The notes under the pieces were generated by a model. It was given only the letters and a program-made list of their open reading frames with translations, was not told the origin of the DNA and ran no database searches. From assembly GCA_050613775.1 (NCBI GenBank), contig JBODTK010000146.1, positions 1-64,000 of the forward strand: a DNA stretch of 64,000 nucleotides, in the 5' to 3' direction. The position numbers and the translations under genes are program-made. Position 1 is the first letter of the stretch. Every line of letters begins with the position of its first letter. The stretch is from Neocallimastix sp. 'constans' (taxonomy: Eukaryota). Below are positions 11,727-24,312 of the stretch, one piece after another.

Positions 11727-13480
11727 TTAAAAGACTATTTCTGAAATGATTTTCTGAGTTTCCATAATTTTATTATCATCATCATCATCATTATATTCAC
11801 GATGATGGTCATTATTAATATCTGTTGAAATTTTATAATAATTAATACAATATTGATCATTATTAAATTGTAATTGATGATAATTTATCTCTTGAATATG
11901 AATATAACCATTAGAAAAGCCAGAAGCATCTCTTTCTTGTAAATCTTTTAAAACTAAATCCGTACCAAAATATGGATGTTCTAAAATTTTATTTTCTTTA
12001 CGATAATGACCCAGAGTGATGGCTTTAATACCATTTTCAAATTCAACTTCATATTTACCATGAACTTCATCTTTTAATATTAAATTAAACCATGAGTCAA
12101 TAGCAACTGGCTTTGGCTGTACAAGATCAATTGGGAAATACCATTGATTTTCTAAACATATTGGATGGTAGGGAGTGAAAAGAACACCATGTATATCACA
12201 CATAGAGGGTGATTTTAATGATTTTTTATTGAAACTTTCTTCAATAAGACATTGCACGATGGCTTGATTATGAAGTTGATCACCTTTTCTTAAATCTTTA
12301 ACACATTTAGTTTTACCATTAGCTAATAAAACTATGGCTTCTCCATTAAAGCATCCACCATGAGGATTTAAGAACTTTCTCATTATGTCATGTGCATCTA
12401 TAGATAGAGTTTCACTATCATTATCTGTATCTACATTCATGATTTGAAGCTGACTACTTTGTGCACTCAAAGCCATTTGTGGGTACATATCTATACTCCT
12501 ATTAGGCATAGCCATATCCATACTCCTATTAGACATAGCCATACTCCTATTAGACGTATCATCAATATAAATAGTAGTATTATTTGTACTTTTTTTCATT
12601 TTAGGAGTAATCATATTCATACTCCTCTCAGTCAGACTCTTAATACGCATCGACAGAGACGGACTATTTCTAGAACTAGATTGACTCGCCATTGATGCCT
12701 GCATTCGCATTTGTGGCATCGCTTGCATTCGTTGCTGCGCTTGCAATTGTGACAGTAATCTCATTTGTTGCTGAGTTTGGGACTGCATTGATGCCTGTGC
12801 AGACATCAATGGAGGTATAAATGGTATATTCGAAGATTGAGCTTGACGATGAAACATACCATATGGAGAATACTGATGGATATTAAAAGAGGTTACTGGA
12901 TGGAATCTATTAAGTTTTTTTCCAGTAATAATCTTTGGTGGTGGAAGATTAACAAATAAGGTATTAGCAATTTTTCTGTAGGCATTAAATATTTCATGAG
13001 AATAGTATTGTAAAGATTGATCTTTGAAGTTACCACACTGTTCAAATTGATGGAATCTTAAAAATGAAAAAAGATAACATTTTCCCCATGATTGAAAATA
13101 TTTTTGATCAATGGCTTTGATCACTTGACCATGATTTGGATCAGGATCATCAATATCAATAATTAAATTTTTAATGAATTTAGTTTTAAATTTTAATTGT
13201 TTTAATAATTCAACAAAATCATTTAAAATCGTATGAGCTTTTTCATTGTCTTCTTTAATAACTCCCAAAGTTGTAATACCATTAATTTTATTAAGGGTAA
13301 TTATAAATTTATTTCTTAAAATTTGATTTAATACTAATTCTTCATATTGAATTGGTTTGAAATTTCGTTCTTGAATTATAGCATTTGGATCAATATCTTC
13401 AATTTTACCAATTGTTTCTTCTTCTTCATCTTCTTCTTTATCTAATATTTCATCGTCATCATCATCATCATCATCACTAC

Positions 13481-13526
<46 letters not shown>

Positions 13527-14807
13527 TTCATTTTTTGTATCATTTTCTTTTTGTTTCTTTTCAAATTCTAATTTATCATTAATATATTGATGAAGATCTG
13601 GTGATTCAATATTAAGGGGTACATCAAATTCTTGATTTGACATTGGTAATTCAACAGTAACTTTAGTTTCATTCAATAAATTTTGATCCACTTTAAAAAT
13701 AGCATTTCTATACGTTCCTCTATATAACGGTCCAATGGTCATTGTTTTTTTCTTTTTCTCTGTTTCTCCTTGATTTACTGTGACCTTAACAATAGGCGTA
13801 ATGGTAGATAAAAGATTAGCCATATAATTAATAAAGATAGTACCAACCATTGTTCCATCAGGGCAATATCCATAAATACCGTTACCAAGATTAGCAATAT
13901 CAATTAATAGTTTTGGACCCACATCATTTCCGTAAGAAAAGGTAGAAATAGTGAAATTATCGTCACATACTTTTAAGGTTTCTTTTAACGTTTCATAAAC
14001 CCCTTTAGGAGGATTAGTATTTGAATCTCCATCAGTAAATACCATAATAGATTTTTGATAATTTTTAAATGGAATAGAGGCAGAGGTATCAATAGCCATT
14101 TTTATACCTGCCCATATATTGGTAGCCCCGTTTTCATTCATCATATTGAGATTATTGATGACATTATCCTTAACACCTTTATCTGATAATACGGTAGGTT
14201 TAACTTGCATTTCAGCGTTTGTATCAAATTTAATAATACATATCATATCCTCTTTCCTTAACGTTGAAATAATAGTTTTAAGAGAATGTTTAATCAATTC
14301 CAAGCGTGAAATATATATGGATTCCGTACCTTCAATATTATTGGCACAGTTAATTGACATAGAACCGGAAACATCAACGACACAAATTAAGCATATAGGA
14401 GGTGTTGTTGTAATTTTTTTAGGTCTCATACATACATGAAGGGAATCCTTACATAGATTTAAACTTTTATCTTTTGAAATAAAACGAGCATATAATTCTT
14501 CAAATTCAACTTTCGTAGCTTTAGCATTCTCATCAAAATCCAAATTATTTATTTTTTCAAAAATATCACCTAACTGAAGATGGTTTTCCTTAATAAAATT
14601 TTCAATTAAACTTTTTAAAGAATAATTAATAACACCGTCTGAAAAATTCATTGGTATTTTAGTTAAAGGAGAACAATGGGTTTTTTCCAATGCCATTTTA
14701 ATTGCTTCTTTTTCATAGGTATGACCATCTGGCATAACCATTGGTTCCCTCATAATTTCTAAAGTGATAGGACATAAATACTCATTTGGAATATTTATAT
14801 TATCCAT
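11727..14807 (-). CDS. U-box - vWA - Vwaint - Hint (Vint) domain protein, 1026 aa, intronless
   Basis: N-terminal U-box (IPNEYLCPITLEIMREPMVMPDGHTYEKEAI...SPLT). vWA with MIDAS residues (DVSGSM, GATN, TDGD). Vwaint-like segment (GQVIKAI...WGKCYL...EQCGNFKDQSLQ...LPPP). C-terminal Hint domain starting GG|CFNG (Cys819, codon 12351-12353), with TPYHP, WFNLIL and Vint-type ITLGH...HPYFGT. Confidence 0.9.
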
Positions 14808-14973
14808 TTTTTTTTTTACTTTATAGATTAATAGTATTGCTATTATTAAAAATATACTAATTTTTGTATGAAATATATATAATAAATATGAATTTATTTT
14901 TATTTATCACTATTTTCTTTTTTTTTTTTATTACAATTAAATTTAAATTTAATAAATTTAATAAATTTAATGA

Positions 14974-15024
<51 letters not shown>

Positions 15025-15472
15025 TTTAAATTTTAATTTAAAATAAAATACATTGTATTTCTCTTTTTTTTTTTTTTTTTTTTTTATTATTTGTAATTTT
15101 TTCAATAAACAATATAAAATACTAATATATATATTATTTTAAATAATATTAAATAAAACTTCTTTCTTCAATTCACCTTTATTTATAAATAAAAATCTTT
15201 GTTAATATAAATACAAGTTTTTTTTTATTTAATAAAGAATACAAATAAATTTAAAATAAAAAAATTATAACCAAAAAATTACACGAAAACTAATTATATT
15301 TATATAGACATTTTTTTTTTTTTTTTTTTTTAAAAATCTAAAATAAATTAAATTAAATTAAAATATATAAAAAAAAAGTTTAATTACTAATTACTATTTA
15401 ATCTGTATAGAATAGTTTATATTAACAATTAAATATTAATCTAATAATAATAAATAATAAAGAATAAATATC

Positions 15473-15635
15473 AAATAATAAATAATAAATAATAAATAAT
15501 AAATAATAAATAATAAATAATAAATAATAAATAATAAATAATAAATAATAAATAATAAATAATAAATAATAAATAATAAATAATAAATAATAAATAATAA
15601 ATAATAAATAATAAATAATAAATAATAAATAATAA
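15473..15635. repeat. (AAATAAT)n heptamer array
   Basis: Perfect 7-bp periodicity read directly. Confidence 0.95.
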
Positions 15636-15743
15636 TGTTCTTTTTTCCTATTTTATAATAATTGTTACTAATTTAAACCAAATAAAATAGTATTTGAAGC
15701 ATTTTCATCACATGAATTACTAATAATATTTTAATTTTACCAA

Positions 15744-15902
<159 letters not shown>

Positions 15903-16187
15903 TATAAAACAAATCAAAAAAAAAAAAAAAAAAAAAAAAAAAACGAAAATGAAAGAACCAAAAATAAGAATTTAAGAATATTCAATAAAAAATTTAATTT
16001 TAATTTTTATTATTGAAAAAAAAAAAAAAAAAAAATTAATAATAAAATAAAAATAAAATATAAAATAAATATATATAAAAAAAAAAAAAATTAATGATAA
16101 GATGAGATAACAGGAATAACTATTAAATGTTTTAATTTTTTTTTTTTTTACTAACCACGTCTTTATTATCCATGGATTGATAGAAAA

Positions 16188-16222
<35 letters not shown>

Positions 16223-16817
16223 AGCCATTTTATAAAGTTTATATTATAATCTAATTTTTTTAAAGTAATTAAAATATATTATGTTTAATACACTAAAAAA
16301 GAAAAATAAAAATAAAAATAAAAATTAAAATTAAAAATTAAAATTAAAATTAAAATTAAAATTAAAATTAATTTATTTTAATTTTAATAAATTATAAATT
16401 AAAGTTTTAAAATTATTACTCAACAATAATATTGAATATACAGTAGTATTTAATTAATTCAATTATAATTACATAAATATTAAAAAAATACGTATATATA
16501 TATATTACACAAAAGTTTAGATATTTCAAAAATTACTTATATATTTATATCAACAAGTTTGGATGGTTGCAAGATCAATGAGAAAAATAAGGTGGACATA
16601 TAAAAATTCCACCCTTTCACCTATGAGACTGACGGTATGAACTACTTTACTCAAGACAGATCAAATTAGGAAATAATATTAATAATATTTTACAAATTGA
16701 ATGATAAAGAGGGAAAAAAGGATACGATTTATAACAACACATCTAAGGTTTAAATCGATTTTATTTAGAAACTTGTTCATTAAGATACTGTAAGATGATA
16801 TTATTTTAAGTTTATTA

Positions 16818-16855
<38 letters not shown>

Positions 16856-17100
16856 TAAAAAAAAAAAATAATAATAATAAAAATTATTTTTCAGTACTGG
16901 CTAATAAAATTATGGCTTCCCTATTGAAGAATACATCCACCATAACGATGAATGAAATTACATATTTGGATATTTTTGTTATAGTCTATTATATATATAT
17001 GTGCAAGGCTAATACGAAAGACATTTCTTATATGCCTTTTTATACGAAGAGCTTCTTTTCAAACCCATTATTATTGTTATTTAATTTAATATATTAATTT

Positions 17101-17275
17101 TAAAATAAAATAAAATATATAGTAGAATGTGAATATAAAGTACAGATTGAATAAAATAAAATAAAATAAATAGTAGAATATGAATATAAAGTACAGATTG
17201 AATAAAATAAAATAAAATAAATAGTAGAATATGAATATAAAGTACAGACTAAATAAAATAAAATAAAATAAAATA
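17101..17275. repeat. Tandem repeat, 51-bp unit, ~3 copies
   Basis: tagtagaatatgaatataaagtacagattgaataaaataaa recurs at 17120, 17171 and 17222. Confidence 0.9.
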
Positions 17276-17321
17276 AAAAGGCCTAATTATTATAAGAAAT
17301 AACATTTATTTTTGTTATTAT

Positions 17322-17880
17322 TTTTTTTTATGGCTGCAATTATTACGAACTTTTTAACTTTATTATTTATTTATTCGATTTATTAATTACATGAATATTT
17401 TTTTTTTAAATAGTATTAATTTAAAATAAAAGGTAAAATTTAGAAAGTAAAATGTTTAAATAAATTCAGGAAAAAAAAAAAAAGGAATACTAATTCCTGA
17501 TTAATGGTTTAAATTGAATTGAATTGAATTAACCAATCTGAAAAGAAATGATGCGTCTTCTCCTCCTTCAGAGGCATTGGTCCCTACTGACCTGTCTTAT
17601 CTTACCCTCATTTTTTTTCAATGTTGACGCTCTTGGTTAGTTTTCACTTAACACCATCGGAATAAACCATCCTTGTTGAGTACTAGCCCTCGGCATAATT
17701 TCTGAAAAGAGAGTTGCAAAACCGCATCAAGAATAACATTTTTTTTTTTTTTGGAATCATCATTACCAGAAATGATTTTGATGATTGATTAAATAAAAAC
17801 ATCCTGTTCCTTTTTTTTTTTTTTTTTTATATATATAATAATAATCTAAATCGATAATGTCTTCATCACTTTCCAAGAAA
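17322..17880 (-). mobile_element. Non-LTR retrotransposon 3' fragment (copy A), decayed
   Basis: Minus-strand terminus ...ATTGCAGCCAT(A)n at 17322-17340. 17540-17780 is homologous to 19000-19215 (tcagaggcattgg, cctgtctta, gttgacgctc, ggcataattt, ccagaaatgattt). Confidence 0.8.
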
Positions 17881-17995
17881 TAATAATTATTTTATTTAAA
17901 CTATCAAAAAAATAAAAAAAAAAAGAATAATAAAATAAAAATCAGAAAAATAAAATATAAAAATAGATTAAGGTAATTATGTATATGCATTTATC

Positions 17996-18099
17996 TTTTT
18001 TTTTTTGTTTTTTTTTTTGTTTTTTTTTTTGTTTTTTAATGGCTGCAAAAATTTTTCATCTTTATTAATTAAATTATTTATAAAATACATGTAATAATA

Positions 18100-18132
<33 letters not shown>

Positions 18133-18378
18133 ACAAAATAAAATAAAATAATGGTTTAATGTATTCTAGTTTCCATTTAATTAATATCAGTAAGACTTTA
18201 TAAGGGCATTATTATACTGTAGTATAATAATTATTTTTTTGGACTTCACCATGTTAATCATAATTTTAAGATACGAAATTATGATCTTCATTGGGTTGTG
18301 CTAGCCCTACTGGCCTGTCTTAATTTGTTTCTTCAACATTGACTCTCTTGGTAGTAGTAGTAATAGTAATAATAGTAA

Positions 18379-18438
<60 letters not shown>

Positions 18439-18690
18439 AATTTGATTTAAACCTATTTAATAAAGGCCATTACTAGACAATAGCAATTAAGCACCTGATT
18501 TCATCTGGCACTTAAATAGATCCTTCCATTCTCTTGTACTGTAATTAATACTTCTTCCCCCAAGAAAGGAAATTAAACACTTTCTCACACATACTAGAAT
18601 CAACATATACACACATTATTTTCAATACTATTACTACCATTACTACTAATACTATTACTTATATTATTATAACTATTATTACTATTATTA
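17996..18690 (-). mobile_element. Old non-LTR element, 3' part (copy B), interrupted by copy C
   Basis: A-rich tail plus TGCAGCCAT at 17996-18047. 18290-18350 is homologous to the C-terminal ORF region of copies A and C. Contains an internal (TAG)n expansion at 18351-18438 and runs into an Asn/Ser-coding low-complexity tract. Confidence 0.65.
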
Positions 18691-18693
18691 TTA

Positions 18694-19978
18694 TTTTTTT
18701 TTTTTTTTTATAGCCGCAATTATTGCGAACTTTAATCTTTATTTATTTATTCTTATATATAAAATACATGAATACTTTTAATTTTAATAAAAAATAAAAA
18801 AAAAAAAAAAAAAAAAAAAAACATGGAATTAATAAAATAAATAAATTTTAATTGTCCAATTTAAACATAATAATAAATGAAATAAATAGTATCGTGAAAT
18901 AAAAAGTAATAATCTAAAATAAGTGTATAAATAAATTCAGAAAAAAAAGTTCATATGCAACGAACCTCACCTCCTTACGGATTAAGGTTTGAATTGTGAA
19001 TCTGAAAAAAAAATTATGGTCTTCTTTCTCAGAGGCATTGGCCCTGCTAACCTGTCTTACTGTACTTTCAGCGTTGACGCTCCTGGTTAGTTTGCGCTTA
19101 TACCTTCGGAATAGTAACCCTTGCCGAGTAACTAGTCCGAGGCATAATTTCTGTAAAGAGAGCCGCAGATCTCACCAAGAATGGCGTTTTTAAATAATCA
19201 CCAGAAATGATTTGGTTCTTAAACAAAATATTCCATTCCTTCTTATAATTTAAATCTATTCTGTCTGTATCCCTTCCACCAAAAAGAAAGTTATATAATC
19301 GATACCACGTCACATCACATATATATTTACACACACTCATTATTCAGAAAATTACTTAAATTATCACAATTTTCACCAATTGAACTATTCACTAAATTAG
19401 AAGTAACGATATTATAATTTTCACTATTACTAATATTAATAATTCTATTTTCACTATCACTATTTCTACTATTATTAACAATATTATTTCTCTTGTTAAT
19501 ATTATTAATATTATACACTTCGTTACGATTATCAGAATCAGAACTTAGTTCTATATTATTCATATCTGTGATAACAGTGTCTACATTACTATTAGATATT
19601 GGACAATATTTAGAAATAATATAAAATATTTCATAAAGAATTTCAATATATCCTTAAAAATATTTCATTCGAAATTCACGGAAAAGGTAACATATTTAAA
19701 AAATCAATGTTCCAATCGAGGATTACTAATTTTTCTATAACAACAAGGACACCTTTCAGGATAGTCTTCTTCAATCATTCTAGCGGCTTAGGCAACATGA
19801 GCATCGAATTTATAGCCACATCTGGCACAAAGTACCCATCTAAAGCCAATGCTAAATTCATGATATTTATTATTTAGCTTAAGATACTCTCTAGTTTTCT
19901 CAAAATTATTATTTTTTTTTTAAGCCTTAGCTTTGATTGATTTTCTTGCCATATCTCTATCTCAGTAAAAGTTTAAAA

Positions 19979-20013
<35 letters not shown>

Positions 20014-21731
20014 ATGGAAATTTATCTAATTTGTCAGCTAAAATTTTTACTTTCTTTATCTCATGCATGACGTCTACAACGAGATATATCTCTTAAGTAA
20101 ATCAGAGATAATACATTTCGAGTTTTTCCATTTTTTTTTAAAAAACACCATACCTGAGCAATCGCACATTTCGTTGAAAGAGGAGGAACGTTAAGTTCTT
20201 TAGAAACACAATAAAGGGAAGTAAAAAAAAAAAAAACTATTCCCTTTAGAAAATCCTCCAATCCAGTATAATCCTGAATTAACTAGTGTCTGTGTACTTC
20301 TCGTTCTATCTTTGTTAGATCCAAGTAGAGGTGCATAATAATGAAACTTGTTCAATTACTATAGCTGAAAATAACATTCTTTTATAAGGGATAGGAATAT
20401 ATGAGGATTCCTAAGAAATCCTTTTATGGAATAAAGTGCATTTCTAATTTTATTATTCATTCTCTGTATGATCGATTTCAATTCTAAATCATTTTGAAAA
20501 TGGTACATCTAAGTAGGTATTAGCAATTCGTTTTAGGTAACTCTTGACTTGAAAGATAAAAAGGTAGGATTACTATTATTAAAGAAATCTAGAAACTTCT
20601 CCTCGTACTATTATTAGACTGGAACATTTTATTGATACGATATCAAATTGCATTTCATTATTTCTAGCCCATTTACTGGCAAACTTTAATAACAATTTCT
20701 TAAGTTGGGATCTTGTTGGTGCACATAACACAATACCATCTGTAAAAAGACCTCCACAACAACGTTTATCACCAATAAGAGATGCCATATTTATTACAAT
20801 TATTAAAAATAACATTAATGAACAAGTTAAACAACAAAATTGGTGAGAGGGGACAACCTTGACAAACTCCTTTCTTAATATTAAAATGATTCCGAAAATT
20901 GTCCATCAACTCTTACACAATCCTTGGAAGATAAGTATAAATTTTCAATAAAATTATAGCACTTAACCTCTAATACCTAAGTAATGAATCTTCATTAATA
21001 CATTTATATATATGGGTACTGAGTCATACGCTTTTTTAAGGTCAAAAAAAAAGCAAGGTTAAGTATCCTTATTTTCAAATTTCCTTCTCTGACATATAAT
21101 TCTTAATGTAATGTAAAGACTTTATACATTCCTCTCGATTACGAAATCCATATTGTTCAGGTCTTATAAAACCTTCATCAATTCCATAATTTAGAGATTC
21201 TATTAGCTATGATTTTTGCTATAATTTTTAATCCGTTATTGATAAGAGAGATGCCACGATAGTTATTACAATCTAATGGATTGCCCTTTTTATGAATAGA
21301 AATTATTGATGCGTTATTCTATGATTTTGGGAAACCATTAGCTAAGGCTTTGAGACATTTAAAGCCAGATGAAATATTACTATTATTATCACTTGATCCT
21401 TCGAAATCATCTTTACAAGGAATCAAATCTTTGAAGAATTCCACTGGAATACCATCAGGACCACAAGCTTTAAAGTTAGGAGTGGAGGAGATTGCTTTGA
21501 TAATTTCTTCATCGCTAATGCCTTGGCTAATATCCCATTCTTATTGCCTTGGTCTTCCCAAATTCTTTAGTGCATCAGAATCTTTCCAGTAATCTTTAGA
21601 AAGACTATGACCCGAAGAATCCGACCCTAAGAATTTATAATGAGAATGCCAAACTTTTTAATTTTTCATCTGTAGAAGAAACAAGTTCATTATTAAAAAT
21701 TAATTTTTAATAGGATGAAAGACCGTGAAAG
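18694..21731 (-). mobile_element. 5'-truncated non-LTR (LINE) retrotransposon, copy C; RT pseudogene
   Basis: Frameshifted RT motifs PNFKACGPDGIPVEFFK (~21430-21480), KKGNPLDCNNYRGISLIN, DLKKAYDSVP, GVCQGCPLSP and GGLFTDGIVL. C-terminal CPCC zinc-knuckle region near 19740-19770. Terminus TTGCGGCTAT(A)n at 18694-18720. Confidence 0.9.
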
Positions 21732-22126
21732 ATTATTACTATTATTACTGTTACTATTATTACTGTTACTATTATTACTGTTAACTATTATCATTATTAC
21801 TATTAATGATATCATTTGTTTGGTGGCCACAGTTAAAAGTGTTATATCTGAATAAAATTTTATCATTGACTTTTACTACGAATAGAATTGAAAAATGGAC
21901 AATCCATTAACCAATGGCTTATCTAATGTTTATTACTTTTTACAACAGGGACAAAAAATTAGGGACACACCTTTGATCTATTATTTTTTGAAGCTTTAGT
22001 AATTCTAGCATCCAATCTCTATTTGCTTCGTGCTCCTAATAGCCAGTAGAAACCATATGAAAGATCAGGATATTCATAACAAAGTTTTATAAAATCTTAT
22101 GTTTCTTCGAATCTGTTTTTTGTCAT
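21732..22126 (-). mobile_element. Old non-LTR element, middle part (copy D), lying between insertions C and E
   Basis: Translates to DFIKLCYEYPDLSYGFYWLLGARS...CPCC...SHWLMDCPFFNSIR (zinc-knuckle region), then an Asn/Ser-rich tract continuing copy B. Confidence 0.7.
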
Positions 22127-24312
22127 TTTTTTTTTTTTTTTTTTTTTTTTAGACTAAGAGAATAACTTTATTTAATTTATAATAATAATTAAATTACATG
22201 ATTTTAAAGGAAAAAAAAATAATGATAAAATACATGAAATAAAATATTATATATTATAAAATTATAAAAGTGAGTTAGAAGCAATAACCTCTAACTTTTC
22301 CCATTCCTCGATAATAACACCACGTCTATTATTGTTATTGCGAGTAATAATTTCAGCATTAGTGTTATCAACCAAATCTGTATCTGTCATTTCACCGGGA
22401 GGTGAAAATTCATGCCTTATCATTTCGACGTCGACGCTCTTGGCAACGGTAGATTCAATGGAATACCATTTCATCATCAAACTAAAAGATCGACAAATTA
22501 ATGGTATTACGTTTGTTAGAAACTCCACGATCCCCGCAAAATACTGAACAGTTGACGAAGTTGAACTTTGTTTAAAAATATTGTCAACTAACTGTCTTTG
22601 TTCCCCATCATTAACTTTAATTTTTGAATATATTGAACGCCCACCAAGAAGAGTACTCAAATATATAATAATAAATATTAATATCATAATCCTTTTCTGA
22701 ATCTAAAGAAACATCCAAGGATTTTTTGTTCAATTATCATTGCAAACTTCAAAAAAGAGATCATCTAGAAAAGGTAAAGATTTATTTCTGTAAATTTCCA
22801 ATTCTTTACAGGCAAAGATCCAGTGAGAAAAGCTAGGTTACACTTACACCACAACAAGGGCAACATTTAGGGCAATCTTCTTGAGACGATTTTTCTTTTA
22901 ATGGAAATACTCATGTCAAATTTAAAACCACACCTAATTCGAGAAATCCAAAAAGAATCCTAATTGATACTTAGGATATTGAAATATTAAGTTTCTGATT
23001 TCTGAAATAAATCCAAAATCATTCTCCTTGTAAATAATTGCTTTTTTTTTTTTAGCTTTTGAGGGTTTGAAGACATCTCTTTCCCAATAAAACTTTTTTT
23101 ATTTCACTTGTTTTCTTACCATTTAATTTCTAATCCAAAGTCCTTGATTCTTTAGTCCATGAGTAATGTTGACATAGTAGGAATATTATTAGTGAGATGA
23201 TTAATAATACATGATGAATTTTTCCATTTTCTAAAGCATTGTAATTGAGATAGAGCACAGACAGCTGAAAGAGGAGGTATTCTCAATTCACGAGTAATAT
23301 CATAGAGACTAATATAAGAATTGCGAGATTTAAATTCATAACTCCCAATAAAGACCTCTATTAATAATTTTTTTGAGCTTTAGAACATCTACTCTTATTT
23401 AAACCAAAGAGAGGAGCATAATATATAACAAGACTAAGAATAAACGAAATTAAAACATATTTCTTCAAAGGGAGAGGAATAGATTTATTAATAAGAAATC
23501 GAAAGTACGAAATTTAACTTGACATTTAAATTACTGTTTAATTTGGATTGTATAGGCTTCAGTGATAAAGATTCATCAAAAAAGAATACCAAGATAAGTA
23601 TAGTTGTCAGTTTTAGGTAATTTGTTACTTCCAATAAAGAAAGATGGATCTTCATAGTTTATTGGTTTAACAAAGTTAATCGGTTTTACAACAAGAGTAG
23701 AACACTTATTAATTCCAAAAGTCATTTCATTTTTAATAGCCCATTCATGAACTTTATTCAAAATTTTCTTAAGAGCTTGTTTAGATGGAGCAACTAAAAC
23801 AATATCATCCGCAAAAAGTCCACCACAACAATATTGAAAAATCTAAATATACACCATACTTATCACAATTATCCAAGTACATCATTAATGAACAAATTGA
23901 ATAAAATAGGAGATAGAGGGTATCCTTGTCTAACACCACGATTAATTGAAAATTCTTCTGAGAGATTACCATTAAAAAAAGCACGAGCTTTAGAGGATAG
24001 ATAAAGATTCTTTAAAAACAGATGACATTTATCTCTAATTCCAAAGTTATATAATTTGGTCAAAATATTAAAGATAGGTACAGAATCATAGGCTTTTTTT
24101 AAGATCGAGAAAAGCAAGATAAGTAAAAATTTTCCTTGAAATTTTCTTCTTTGACATAAACTTATGCATTCTTCTTTATTTCTAAATCCAAATTGTTCAG
24201 GTCTAACAAATTTATGTTCAAGGGCATATTTAGCAATTCTATTAGTTACAATCTTTGAAATAATTTTTAAGCCAACATTAATAAGAGAAATACCTCGAAA
24301 ATTATTACAATC
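22126..24312 (-). mobile_element. 5'-truncated non-LTR (LINE) retrotransposon, copy E; RT pseudogene
   Basis: DCNNFRGISLINVG, KKAYDSVP, RGVRQGYPLSPILFNLFINDVL, CGGLFADDIVLVAP, YTYLGI and CPKCCPCC...SHWIFAC. Poly(A) tail at 22126-22150. Flanked by the duplication ttttttgtcat at 22116-22126 and 24313-24323. Confidence 0.92.

Noticed and set aside
11727..12353. Hint domain as a mobile self-splicing intein
   Set aside because: It lies at the C-terminus with no His-Asn plus Cys/Ser/Thr junction and no homing endonuclease, so it is a Vint/hedgehog-like domain.
12444..14439. Plus-strand ORFs opposite real genes (also 26078, 37750, 38677, 40158, 58441, 58959, 59494)
   Set aside because: Antisense shadows of minus-strand coding sequence with no recognisable motifs.
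16555..17097. GC-richer patches including a 61-aa ORF
   Set aside because: No recognisable domain or consistent exon structure. Possibly decayed transposon sequence, but I cannot support a call.
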